This document shows positions 42,072 through 49,921 of a stretch of DNA of 64,000 nucleotides, one piece after another. Each line of letters opens with the position of its first letter. Position 1 is the stretch's first letter. The DNA comes from an uncultured candidate division Zixibacteria bacterium. Lineage in GTDB: Bacteria; Zixibacteria; MSB-5A5; GN15; FEB-12. The stretch spans positions 672,001 through 736,000 of the forward strand of contig CAVTJJ010000003.1 in NCBI GenBank assembly GCA_963735035.1, given 5' to 3'. The notes under the pieces are model-generated. The model did no database searches. It saw only the letters and a list, made by a program, of their open reading frames with translations, and was not told the origin of the DNA. The position numbers were made by a program, and so were the translations under genes.

Positions 42072-42952
42072 ACCGCCACCCCTTCCGCCAGCGCCCGAAG
42101 TTTGACCGGATCTACCAGCAACTTATCCAGCCCCATCTCGTGCGATGAAATCCCCAGCGCCGCCCCTACCAGATGACTGAAATAGACCACCGGAATCTTG
42201 AAATCGCGCCCAAACGTCTTGCTGATCTTGCCCTGATAGGCTTCGAGATTCATCTGACAGAGCGGACAGGCGGTGGCAATTATCTCGGCGTTGGTGTCGT
42301 TGGCCGCCTGAAGCAGCTTCATGTTCAGATCGAGCGCGACGTCTTCCTGGGTGGTCATCAACATACCACCGCAGCAGCGTACTTTACAGGGGTAAGGGAC
42401 CACCTCGGCTCCCAGCGCGGTCAGCAGTCGATCCATCGTAACCGGTTCGTCGACATCGTCGAAATGCCCGTGCGGCCGGACGATCTGGCAGCCGTAGTAG
42501 GTCGCCACCCTGATGCCCGCCAGACTGTGCTTCATCCTGGCCTTGATCGCCGGAAGCCCGAAATCGTTTACCAGGATATCAAGCGGGTGCCGGACATCGA
42601 CCAGCGTGTCATACTTAAGTCCCGCCGCCGCCAGGGCTTCGTTGATCTTGGCGCGTTCTTTCGGATCCCACGCGATGTGGCGATTGGTCTTCCGTAGAAT
42701 CGTGTAACAACTGCTGCAAGGGGCGCATATCTGCATGCCCATGTTCTGCGCCAGTGCCAGATTGCGGGCGCTTATCGCGTAGCCCACAATCTTCTTGACC
42801 GACATGTACATGGTCGCGCCGCAGCAGTTCCAGTCCTCGATTTCGTGCAGGGCGATCCCGAGCGTCTTGAAAATAGCCCGGATCGACTTGTCGTACGGAC
42901 TGGCGGTGTGTTCCAGGCTACAGCCTGGATAGTATGCATATTGGAGCATCAT
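42068..42952 (-). CDS. hdrB: Heterodisulfide reductase subunit B (CCG domains)
   Basis: YYPGCSL, WNCCGA, PCSSC, YYGCQ, RCCGG and ACPLCQMNL motifs. Confidence 0.95.
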   Translation of the reverse strand: MMLQYAYYPGCSLEHTASPYDKSIRAIFKTLGIALHEIEDWNCCGATMYMSVKKIVGYAISARNLALAQNMGMQICAPCSSCYTILRKTNRHIAWDPKERAKINEALAAAGLKYDTLVDVRHPLDILVNDFGLPAIKARMKHSLAGIRVATYYGCQIVRPHGHFDDVDEPVTMDRLLTALGAEVVPYPCKVRCCGGMLMTTQEDVALDLNMKLLQAANDTNAEIIATACPLCQMNLEAYQGKISKTFGRDFKIPVVYFSHLVGAALGISSHEMGLDKLLVDPVKLRALAEGVAV

Positions 42953-43536
42953 CCTTCTCCAAATTCATTGGCCTTATTGATGATGGCCCGTATGTCTTTT
43001 ATTCTTCTTAACTTTCTTGGAATCAAGCCCATCCGCCCCCGGCGAATCATCGACCACCCCATACCGGCGTTCGAAATAAGACGACTGATTTCGGTCCGCG
43101 CGAAATACCGGATGCCCAACCCCAACTCATAGTTGCGGCCGTACCTATAGACGTTATCCACAAAAGCTCCCGACAGTACGTGCACGAGGAAGCGGCCCGG
43201 ATACATCTTCTTCGCCATCGCAATCCGCTTCAGAGCGTACATGGTGTCAGTCACCCGGATGTCCGCGGGACAGCGGACCGTACATGAATAGCATGATGCG
43301 CAGAGCCAGATGGCTCGGCTTTGCAGTATCTCTTCAATATGGCCGGCCCGAAACATGGCCACGATCTGACGAGGGGTCAGGTCCATGGCATAGGACACCG
43401 GACAGGTCCCCGTACAGGTTCCGCACTGCAGACAGCGCTTAATCTTGAACCCCTCCGGAAAACTTCCGACCTGTTCCCAAAAGGCCGCCCGAAGCTCGGC
43501 CTCCTTTTTAGGGAGAAATTCGATCTTCCCTATCAT
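42949..43536 (-). CDS. hdrC: Heterodisulfide reductase subunit C (2x[4Fe-4S])
   Basis: CLQCGTCTGTCP and IWLCASCYSCTVRCP; AGGAG RBS. Confidence 0.93.
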   Translation of the reverse strand: MIGKIEFLPKKEAELRAAFWEQVGSFPEGFKIKRCLQCGTCTGTCPVSYAMDLTPRQIVAMFRAGHIEEILQSRAIWLCASCYSCTVRCPADIRVTDTMYALKRIAMAKKMYPGRFLVHVLSGAFVDNVYRYGRNYELGLGIRYFARTEISRLISNAGMGWSMIRRGRMGLIPRKLRRIKDIRAIINKANEFGEG

Positions 43537-43848
43537 AAGGTCTCCTTGCTGGCTCGGACTGACAAAGATCGTAATCAGATACTAAAATGGGCTTTGTGAT
43601 CCGTAAAGCTTGCCCGACTACAGTTAACCCTATCGACGATACACAAAGCGGTCAAGGGATATCTTTCACAAGGCGCTTACGTCCCGCCAGTTTGAAGCAA
43701 TACCTAAAAGACTGATATGATCCAAGTTACACGTTTGTAACATGGTCTATTAAGACTAATATTAACGCAATCTAATACGCTATATTACTGTGAGTTAGTA
43801 CCAGCTAACATAGTCTCCATCGCCCTCAAATTCGCTCAGGACAGACGT

Positions 43849-43989
43849 TGTAACCATGAGGTGACAACTTGGATGGTTTGTCACAAAGCAGTGACATATA
43901 CTCCCCCGGGGGAAATTTGAAACGAAATTGCTCCATCCGCCTCGTGAATATGACCCAATTCCACCCCCTTCTGTCACTGAGAAGTGACT
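43849..43989. promoter_or_regulatory. Three copies of a TGTCAC-N6-GTGACA operator-like palindrome
   Basis: 43849 TGTAAC-CATGAG-GTGACA; 43879 TGTCAC-AAAGCA-GTGACA; 43972 TGTCAC-TGAGAA-GTGACT, which abuts TTGACA at 43989. Confidence 0.7.
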
Positions 43990-44080
43990 TGACAGAATCC
44001 AATTTGATTTGCAGTCTACCTTATCGACTGCACTCAAACCGACGGCTCCGTTCGGGACAGCCGTCCAAGGAGTAGGTCCG

Positions 44081-44704
44081 ATGATTCGAGACAAAGAGGC
44101 CACTCGGGCCAGGATTCTTGCCGCCGTGGGAACCGTTCTCTCGCGCCGGGGCTTTGCGAAATTCGGGATCAATTCAATCGCCAAGGAGGCCGGAGTAGAC
44201 AAGGTATTAATCTACCGATACTTCGGCGGTCTCGATCGGCTCTTGAAAGCTTACGCCGAGGAAAATCTGGACGCGTACACGATTCCCCCACTGGCCTGGC
44301 CGCCGCACGAGAAGAACATTCCCCCCGCCCTGACCACTTCGGTGCTGTTGCGCGACCAACTCGAGGAACTCCGCCGACGACCTGTCGCACAGGAGACGCT
44401 CCGATGGGAATTGCAGAGCCCCAACACTCTCACTGATCTGATAGCGACGGCTCGGGAAAAGATGGCGAAAGAGTATCTCGCGCGACTCCCCTTCGATCAT
44501 GAGAAACATCCCGACTGCGATCTCGGCGCCCTCTTCGCCCTGCTTCACGCCGGCATTACCCATATGGTCGCCAGCGCCCCGAAGCTTGACTATTACCAGG
44601 GCATTGACTTGAAATCAGCACGCGGCTGGAAGCGGATCGAGCAGATGATCGATGCTCTGGTGCAGGCCTATTTCGGTCGGCATGCGGCACAGCCTTCGAA
44701 ATAG
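44081..44704 (+). CDS. TetR/AcrR-family regulator
   Basis: TRARILAA...GINSIAKEAGVDKVLIYRYFGG HTH; AGGAG RBS. Confidence 0.92.
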   Translation: MIRDKEATRARILAAVGTVLSRRGFAKFGINSIAKEAGVDKVLIYRYFGGLDRLLKAYAEENLDAYTIPPLAWPPHEKNIPPALTTSVLLRDQLEELRRRPVAQETLRWELQSPNTLTDLIATAREKMAKEYLARLPFDHEKHPDCDLGALFALLHAGITHMVASAPKLDYYQGIDLKSARGWKRIEQMIDALVQAYFGRHAAQPSK

Positions 44705-44767
44705 ACTCTCTTGCTTTCTTGGGTTTAGCGCAAGATATCAGCGACTCATAACTAACAATCGGTTACG

Positions 44768-45793
44768 CTAGTGGCTGTGCCGATGGTGTAGGTCGGGCCA
44801 GTGGGGGTGAGCATGTGCGATCGGATCATGACGATGACGGTGCGTATGGCGGTTGTCCTCCTCGCCTTCCCGGTGATCGTGTCGATGGTGCCCGTCGTCA
44901 TGCCGATGACTATGCTCGTGTTCCAACTCTTCGTGCCGGTGCTGGTGTTCATGTTTGTCGCGGAAGACCAATACGAGCGATACGCCGAGACCCGCTATCG
45001 CTACCATTTGCAGCACGGAAATAGACTCGCCGAGGAAAATGGCCGAGAGCAACACTCCGAAGAACGGACTGCTGGCGAAAAACATCTGCCCTCGCGCCGC
45101 TCCGATATTTTGCGCCGCCGTGATGTACAAAATGATGCTGGCTCCATAGGAAAACGCTCCCACCCCAAGCGCTCCAAACGTCGTGGACGTGGAGCCACCC
45201 CAATCCTGCGACGAGAGACCTATTCCGAGATTGATAACCCCAGCCACGATTCCTTTCCAGAACGTGCTCTGGGCAGGAGTTATGCCGTCGATAAGAGCCG
45301 TGAAATTGTTATCAAATCCCCAGCAGGCGCAGGCGGCCAGAACCAGCAGCCCAGCCTTGATCCCGGCTGTTCCCTCGCCCACGCACAGCAGGACACTCGC
45401 CGCTACAACTCCGAGCATGCCCAGCCAGCCAAACATCCCCAGGTGATCGTTAAAGAGCCAACGCCCCAAAATGGCAGTTGCCACCAGTTCAAGCGGCAGC
45501 CAGAGCGAGACGGATGCCGCCGATGCCACCTTGAGACCAAACAGGAGAAACAGCGGCGCCAACACCCCGCCGAAAAGCACTGCACCGGAGAGCCGGAACA
45601 TGTTACGGCGATCCATGCGCCAGGGTTGGGTCTGACCCTTCTTGAAAGCAACGACAGACGCCCCCAGTGCCGCGCCGAGATAGAGCAGTCCCGCCAACTG
45701 AAAGGCGCTGAACGAATCCAACAGCGCCTTGCTTAACGGAGTAGCGGCGCCGAACAGCGCGGCCGAGAGAAGCGCGAGCATAACATAGAACAT
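44768..45793 (-). CDS. DMT/EamA-family transporter with His-rich C-terminal tail (probable divalent metal handling)
   Basis: Ten TM segments (LFGAATPLSK, CWGFDNNFT); tail HEHQHRHEELEHEHSHRHDDGHH...HWPDLHHRHSH. Confidence 0.88.
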   Translation of the reverse strand: MFYVMLALLSAALFGAATPLSKALLDSFSAFQLAGLLYLGAALGASVVAFKKGQTQPWRMDRRNMFRLSGAVLFGGVLAPLFLLFGLKVASAASVSLWLPLELVATAILGRWLFNDHLGMFGWLGMLGVVAASVLLCVGEGTAGIKAGLLVLAACACWGFDNNFTALIDGITPAQSTFWKGIVAGVINLGIGLSSQDWGGSTSTTFGALGVGAFSYGASIILYITAAQNIGAARGQMFFASSPFFGVLLSAIFLGESISVLQMVAIAGLGVSLVLVFRDKHEHQHRHEELEHEHSHRHDDGHHRHDHREGEEDNRHTHRHRHDPIAHAHPHWPDLHHRHSH

Positions 45794-45894
45794 TGCGCGG
45801 TCAAGAAACGAAATCCAATCCACTTGTGCAATATGGTGACGTGGAGACGAGTCGGTTATTACTGTGGGCGGCACACTGCCTGCCCCCGACTTGA

Positions 45895-46045
45895 GGGCCT
45901 TTTGAAGAACTGCTCGAATGTTGTTGCGGCAGGTCTTGCGTCGCCGAAGGCGGCGTGTGACCTGCCGCGTTGCATTGACCTAGCGAGATGCTTACTATCA
46001 CTCGTAGACGATGCGTGATAAGAGAACGACTCTTTCAAGAGGCCC
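45895..46045. mobile_element. 151-bp MITE-like element with terminal inverted repeats and a 4-bp target-site duplication
   Basis: Left end GGGCCTTTTGAA, right end (reverse complement) GGGCCTCTTGAA; TTGA flanks both sides (45891-94 and 46046-49); internal palindrome at 45926-45968. Confidence 0.7.
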
Positions 46046-46089
46046 TTGATCGGGGGTCCCCTTGTGCCCCCGATTCGTGGAATAGAAAA

Positions 46090-46133
46090 CGACCGGCGCA
46101 ACCACCTCAAGTGAAGTCTGGTCGCGCCGGTCG
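46090..46133 (-). terminator. Intrinsic terminator of the YHS gene
   Basis: CGACCGGCGC...GCGCCGGTCG stem followed by TTTTC on the minus strand. Confidence 0.6.
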
Positions 46134-46159
46134 ATACAATCTTGACCTAAGGGGCGTTC

Positions 46160-46651
46160 TTACTTGTGTCCGCCCATTCCCTTCATGTCCATGGTCGGCT
46201 TCTCGGACTTGGTCGGTTCATCCATCATCTTCAGGTATTCCTGCGGCTTGGCCTTGAACTTGTCCACGCATTTGGAGCAGCAGAAATTGATACGACGACC
46301 TTCATAATCGGTGTAAGTATTCTTGTCGGTCAGGGTGTCGCCTGTGACCGGGCAGGTTTTCTGTATGTTCTGAAACAGAACGCCTTCGGCTGCTGCTGCC
46401 TTGAAATACTTATCCGGGTCGGCTTTCACTTTGTCCGGACAACCTTTACAGCAGAAATACACGCGCTGACCCTGGATATCCAGATAGACAGATGAGTCTA
46501 TCGGTTTTCCCATGACCGGACAAACGGTCTGGTTATGCAATTTCGTGACCGTCGCCGCAGCGGTTGCTGTCGTCGTACCCTCTGAAAATGCCAGAGCTGC
46601 GATCACGGCTACCAGCGACATGGCCAATACAAATAATCTGATTGTCTTCAC
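46160..46651 (-). CDS. Periplasmic protein with two YHS (TRASH-like) metal-binding domains and a Met/His tail
   Basis: Signal peptide; CPVMG...VYFCCKGC and CPVTG...INFCCSKC; tail MDMKGMGGHK; GTG start behind AGGAGG. Confidence 0.88.
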   Translation of the reverse strand: MKTIRLFVLAMSLVAVIAALAFSEGTTTATAAATVTKLHNQTVCPVMGKPIDSSVYLDIQGQRVYFCCKGCPDKVKADPDKYFKAAAAEGVLFQNIQKTCPVTGDTLTDKNTYTDYEGRRINFCCSKCVDKFKAKPQEYLKMMDEPTKSEKPTMDMKGMGGHK

Positions 46652-46738
46652 GAAAGGATCCTCCTTACGGCTGCTTTCCGGCCTCGATAACAACTATTGA
46701 GGCCTTCACGTTTTCCATTACTCATGCACTGTTCTACC

Positions 46739-46753
46739 ACAAAGATCGTGCCA
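46739..46753 (-). promoter_or_regulatory. sigma54 promoter for the YHS gene
   Basis: Minus strand reads TGGCAC-GATCT-TTGT, one mismatch to the -24/-12 consensus. Confidence 0.6.
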
Positions 46754-46848
46754 TAGCCCAACGTTTGTGTAAACGATTGACAAATAACACGTTATCTGAA
46801 CATCCGAATCCTCCATCAACTCCCGCAAGATAATAGTGTTGGTTATTG

Positions 46849-46866
46849 AAGAATATTCTTCGGTAG
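46849..46866 (-). promoter_or_regulatory. Putative enhancer (UAS), copy 1
   Basis: Reverse complement CTACCGAAGAATATTCTT is identical to 49758-49775; core palindrome AAGAATATTCTT. Confidence 0.7.
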
Positions 46867-47020
46867 TTGACGATTATAAGGATATGGAATAAGCTTTGGC
46901 GCGTGCCACACAGACCCTTGAGAATTGCAACCGGTTGTCCTGCATGACAAGCGCAGGTATTGCTGGTTAGGGTCGAATCGACAAGAGCCTTTGGCACGAA
47001 TGTTTCAATAGGTCTAGTTA

Positions 47021-48106
47021 ATGAGCGCGTTCTCCAAATATTCCGAGATCATGCGTTTCACCCGTGTGAAGCTGCTTGTACTTGCGGCGATCATGGCACT
47101 CACGGTCACAATTCACTACGGCTGGCTGACCGACGCGCTTTTCGGACACGTCCACTGGCTGCACGCCCTGCACAGCCGCTTCTGTTACATCCCGATCGCT
47201 GTCGCCGCCTCCTGGTTCGGACTGCGCGGCGGCATCCTGAGCGCTCTGGCTATCTCTCTGATGGTTCTCCCGTATCTTCTGAGCACGGCTTCGAATACGA
47301 CTGATCTGTCTCAGGAACTCGTCGAGATATTCTTCTACTTCGCAATCGGCATCCTGATCGGTGCCCTCATCGATCGAGAGATGCGTGTCCGACGCAAGCA
47401 CGAGGAAGTCAAATTGCAGTTGGAGCGCAGCCGACACCTCTCCCTCGTAGGCCAGATGGCCGCCGGTGTGGCTCACGAAATCAAGAACCCGCTCGCTTCA
47501 ATCAAAGGCGCCCTCGAGATAATCCGCGATGACAAAGTGCCGCAATCGGATCGCAACGAATTCAGCGACATTGCTTTCAAAGAAGTCAAACGGATTGACA
47601 GCACAGTCGCCGAGTTTCTCCAGTACGCCCGACCGAAAGCGACCCAAAGGCAGGACGTGGATTTGTCGGCGCTGGTGGAATCCGGCCTCAAACAATTGAA
47701 CCCCCAGATGGCCAAGGCCTCACTGAGTCTGCAGACGAGCATACAGACAGATGTCCATATCCTGGCCGATTGGGAACAGATCCATCAGGCGTTGCTCAAC
47801 CTGGTCATCAACGCCATGGAAGCATCGCAGCCCGGTGGTTCAATCGAAGTTAAGCTGAGTCACGCCAGTACCGATCGCGTTGTCCTGTCGATTTCCGATA
47901 CCGGTTCGGGCATGAACTCGGCTCAGCAGGAACAGGCGTTCGATCCATTCTATACCACCAAGGCGGCGGGTACCGGTCTGGGTCTGGCTATTGTGAAATC
48001 AATCATCGACGGACACCACGGCCAAATTGAAATACAAAGCGAAGCAGGCCGTGGGACGCGAGTGAATGTCACGCTGCCCGCACTTGAAGTAAAGGCCGGA
48101 TCATGA
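47021..48106 (+). CDS. Sensor histidine kinase (NtrB/ZraS-like)
   Basis: Membrane N-terminus; AHEIKNPL H-box, NLVINAMEA, DTGSG and FYTTKAAGTGLGL motifs. Confidence 0.93.
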   Translation: MSAFSKYSEIMRFTRVKLLVLAAIMALTVTIHYGWLTDALFGHVHWLHALHSRFCYIPIAVAASWFGLRGGILSALAISLMVLPYLLSTASNTTDLSQELVEIFFYFAIGILIGALIDREMRVRRKHEEVKLQLERSRHLSLVGQMAAGVAHEIKNPLASIKGALEIIRDDKVPQSDRNEFSDIAFKEVKRIDSTVAEFLQYARPKATQRQDVDLSALVESGLKQLNPQMAKASLSLQTSIQTDVHILADWEQIHQALLNLVINAMEASQPGGSIEVKLSHASTDRVVLSISDTGSGMNSAQQEQAFDPFYTTKAAGTGLGLAIVKSIIDGHHGQIEIQSEAGRGTRVNVTLPALEVKAGS

Positions 48107-49458
48107 ATATCTTGCTTGTCGATGACGATGCCGCCCTTCGCCGCATAATCGAATTCAAATTGAAGCAGCGCGGCTATCATGTGACTGCTGTCGGCGACGG
48201 CGAACAAGCGCTGGCAAAGCTTCGGGAAGCACGATTCGATCTGGTCCTGTCGGATATGAAGATGCCCGGCCTGAGCGGTCTCGATCTGCTCAGTCGGGCC
48301 AAGCGAATCCAGCCCCATCTTGAAGTTATCCTCATGACCGCCTACGCCGCCGTTTCCCAGGCAGTCGAAGCGGTCAAACAGGGAGCGTTTGATTACCTGA
48401 CCAAGCCTTTCGACGACGATCAATTGTTGGTCACAATCGAAAAGGCAGTCAAGTTCAAGAATCTCGAGAACGAGAATCGACTGCTCAAAGAGCAACTCAC
48501 AACCGCTGGTCAGATCAGACCGATGGTCGGCGTGGCGCCGTCATTCAAACAGCTTCTCGAACTGATCGACAAAGTCGCTCCGACCGACGCCACAATCTTA
48601 ATCACCGGCGAATCCGGTACCGGCAAGGAATTGGTGGCCAGAACCCTGCATCGTCAGAGCAACCGCGCCCAGCGCGAGTTCGTGGCGGTGAACTGTGCAG
48701 CCATCCCCAGAGATCTGCTGGAATCGGAATTGTTTGGCCATGTCAAGGGAGCTTTCACCGGAGCGGTTCGGGACAAGAAAGGTAAATTCGAACAGGCCGG
48801 CGGCGGCACACTTCTGCTCGACGAAGTCAGCGAGCTGGGCATGGAACTGCAGGCCAAACTCCTGCGCGCCGTTCAGGAACGGGTGATCGAACCGGTCGGC
48901 TCGGAGCGACCCGTTGAAATCGATGTGCGCCTGTTGGCCGCCACCAATGTCAACCTTCGCGATCTGGTCGCCTCGGGGCGCTTTCGCGAGGATCTGTATT
49001 ACCGGCTCAATGTCATCCCCCTGCACGTGCCGCCGCTCCGCGAGAGACGGGAAGACATCCCTCTACTTGTGAAAACATTTCTTGAGCGATTTGCCCCCGG
49101 AGCGGATATCAGCGTGGCCGCCGACCTGATGACAACTCTAAAGCAACACCCCTGGCCGGGGAATATCCGGGAATTGGAAAACCTGATGGAGCGCATGGTC
49201 ATCCTGCGCAACTCAAATGAGCTGACATCGGCCGATCTACCGCCGGATTTTGGTCACGTCGGCCGAACGAACGAACCTGCTGAGGCGACTGGCTCGAGCG
49301 AGCACGTGACATTCTATGAAAATGAGAAGAATCTCATTATCGCCGCGCTTGAAAAGTTCGCCTGGAACAGAACGAGGGCTGCCGCCTACCTTGACATCCC
49401 CCGCCATGTCTTGATCTATCGCATCAAGAAGCTCGGCATCACTCCGGACAGCGCTTGA
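48103..49458 (+). CDS. sigma54-dependent response regulator (NtrC/ZraR-like)
   Basis: Receiver domain, GESGTGKE, GAFTGA, FREDLYYRLNV, WPGNIRELEN and Fis HTH. Confidence 0.96.
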   Translation: MNILLVDDDAALRRIIEFKLKQRGYHVTAVGDGEQALAKLREARFDLVLSDMKMPGLSGLDLLSRAKRIQPHLEVILMTAYAAVSQAVEAVKQGAFDYLTKPFDDDQLLVTIEKAVKFKNLENENRLLKEQLTTAGQIRPMVGVAPSFKQLLELIDKVAPTDATILITGESGTGKELVARTLHRQSNRAQREFVAVNCAAIPRDLLESELFGHVKGAFTGAVRDKKGKFEQAGGGTLLLDEVSELGMELQAKLLRAVQERVIEPVGSERPVEIDVRLLAATNVNLRDLVASGRFREDLYYRLNVIPLHVPPLRERREDIPLLVKTFLERFAPGADISVAADLMTTLKQHPWPGNIRELENLMERMVILRNSNELTSADLPPDFGHVGRTNEPAEATGSSEHVTFYENEKNLIIAALEKFAWNRTRAAAYLDIPRHVLIYRIKKLGITPDSA

Positions 49459-49504
49459 TGAACATCTAGTCGATCTCCAATCGGACTGATCTACCTAATC
49501 AACC

Positions 49505-49732
49505 GGGAGTGCTGAAATGGTCCCTTCCTCGTCATCGCGAGTCTTGGCCGCGCTTCGCGGACGAGACGTGGCGATCTCAAATGTCACTGAGTGCCCGGTC
49601 CGCCGCGGCGGATCCACATCTGCCGGCTCGTATTGATGTGATTGGATTGAGATTGCCGCGCTACGCTGTCCCTCCTGGCGGCGGGCCATCTCCGCTCGCA
49701 ATGACGATTAGACAGACTTTTTCAACAGGCCC
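49505..49732. repeat. Degenerate MITE-like composite containing copy C (49590-49705) of the ~115-bp repeat and an inverted partner unit (49531-49578)
   Basis: GTCATCGCGAG...CGTGGCGATCTC faces GAGATTGCCGCG...CTCGCAATGAC; right end GACTTTTTCAACAGGCCC resembles the ends of the 45895 element. Confidence 0.7.
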
Positions 49733-49757
49733 CCACCCCTTCAGATAGTATTCCTCC

Positions 49758-49775
49758 CTACCGAAGAATATTCTT
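49758..49775 (+). promoter_or_regulatory. Putative enhancer (UAS), copy 2
   Basis: CTACCGAAGAATATTCTT, about 80 nt upstream of a sigma54 promoter. Confidence 0.7.
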
Positions 49776-49852
49776 TACACCCAGGCGAACGGGGACTGAG
49801 CAGTGTTTTTTAATTGTATGTCGTGGTTGCACTTAGGTAGATAGGAAGGGTT

Positions 49853-49867
49853 TGGCACATCTCTTGC
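49853..49867 (+). promoter_or_regulatory. sigma54 promoter for the cus-like operon
   Basis: TGGCAC-ATCTC-TTGC, a perfect -24/-12 consensus. Confidence 0.85.
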
Positions 49868-49921
49868 GAATTGCAGGTCGTTATGAAGATATCAAGTACA
49901 TTAATCTATAATGGTGACTGT

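Noticed and set aside
33868..43536. Selenocysteine recoding in HdrA, MvhD or MvhA
   Set aside because: All usual Sec positions read as Cys (DCAAC, CNWC, GCHPGDC, DPCFGC); the breaks are frame changes, not in-frame TGA.
43540..44000. Rex operator upstream of the hdr operon
   Set aside because: Only isolated half-sites (TTGTGA, TTCACAA); no correctly spaced 18-bp palindrome.
44801..45736. Long antisense ORFs (311 aa here; also 27150-28109, 39602-40393, 61569-62426)
   Set aside because: Shadows of GC-rich coding genes on the opposite strand, with no motifs.
46992..47007. sigma54 promoter for the kinase gene (TGGCAC-N5-TTTC)
   Set aside because: The -12 element lacks the conserved G; it may be real but is not supported well enough.
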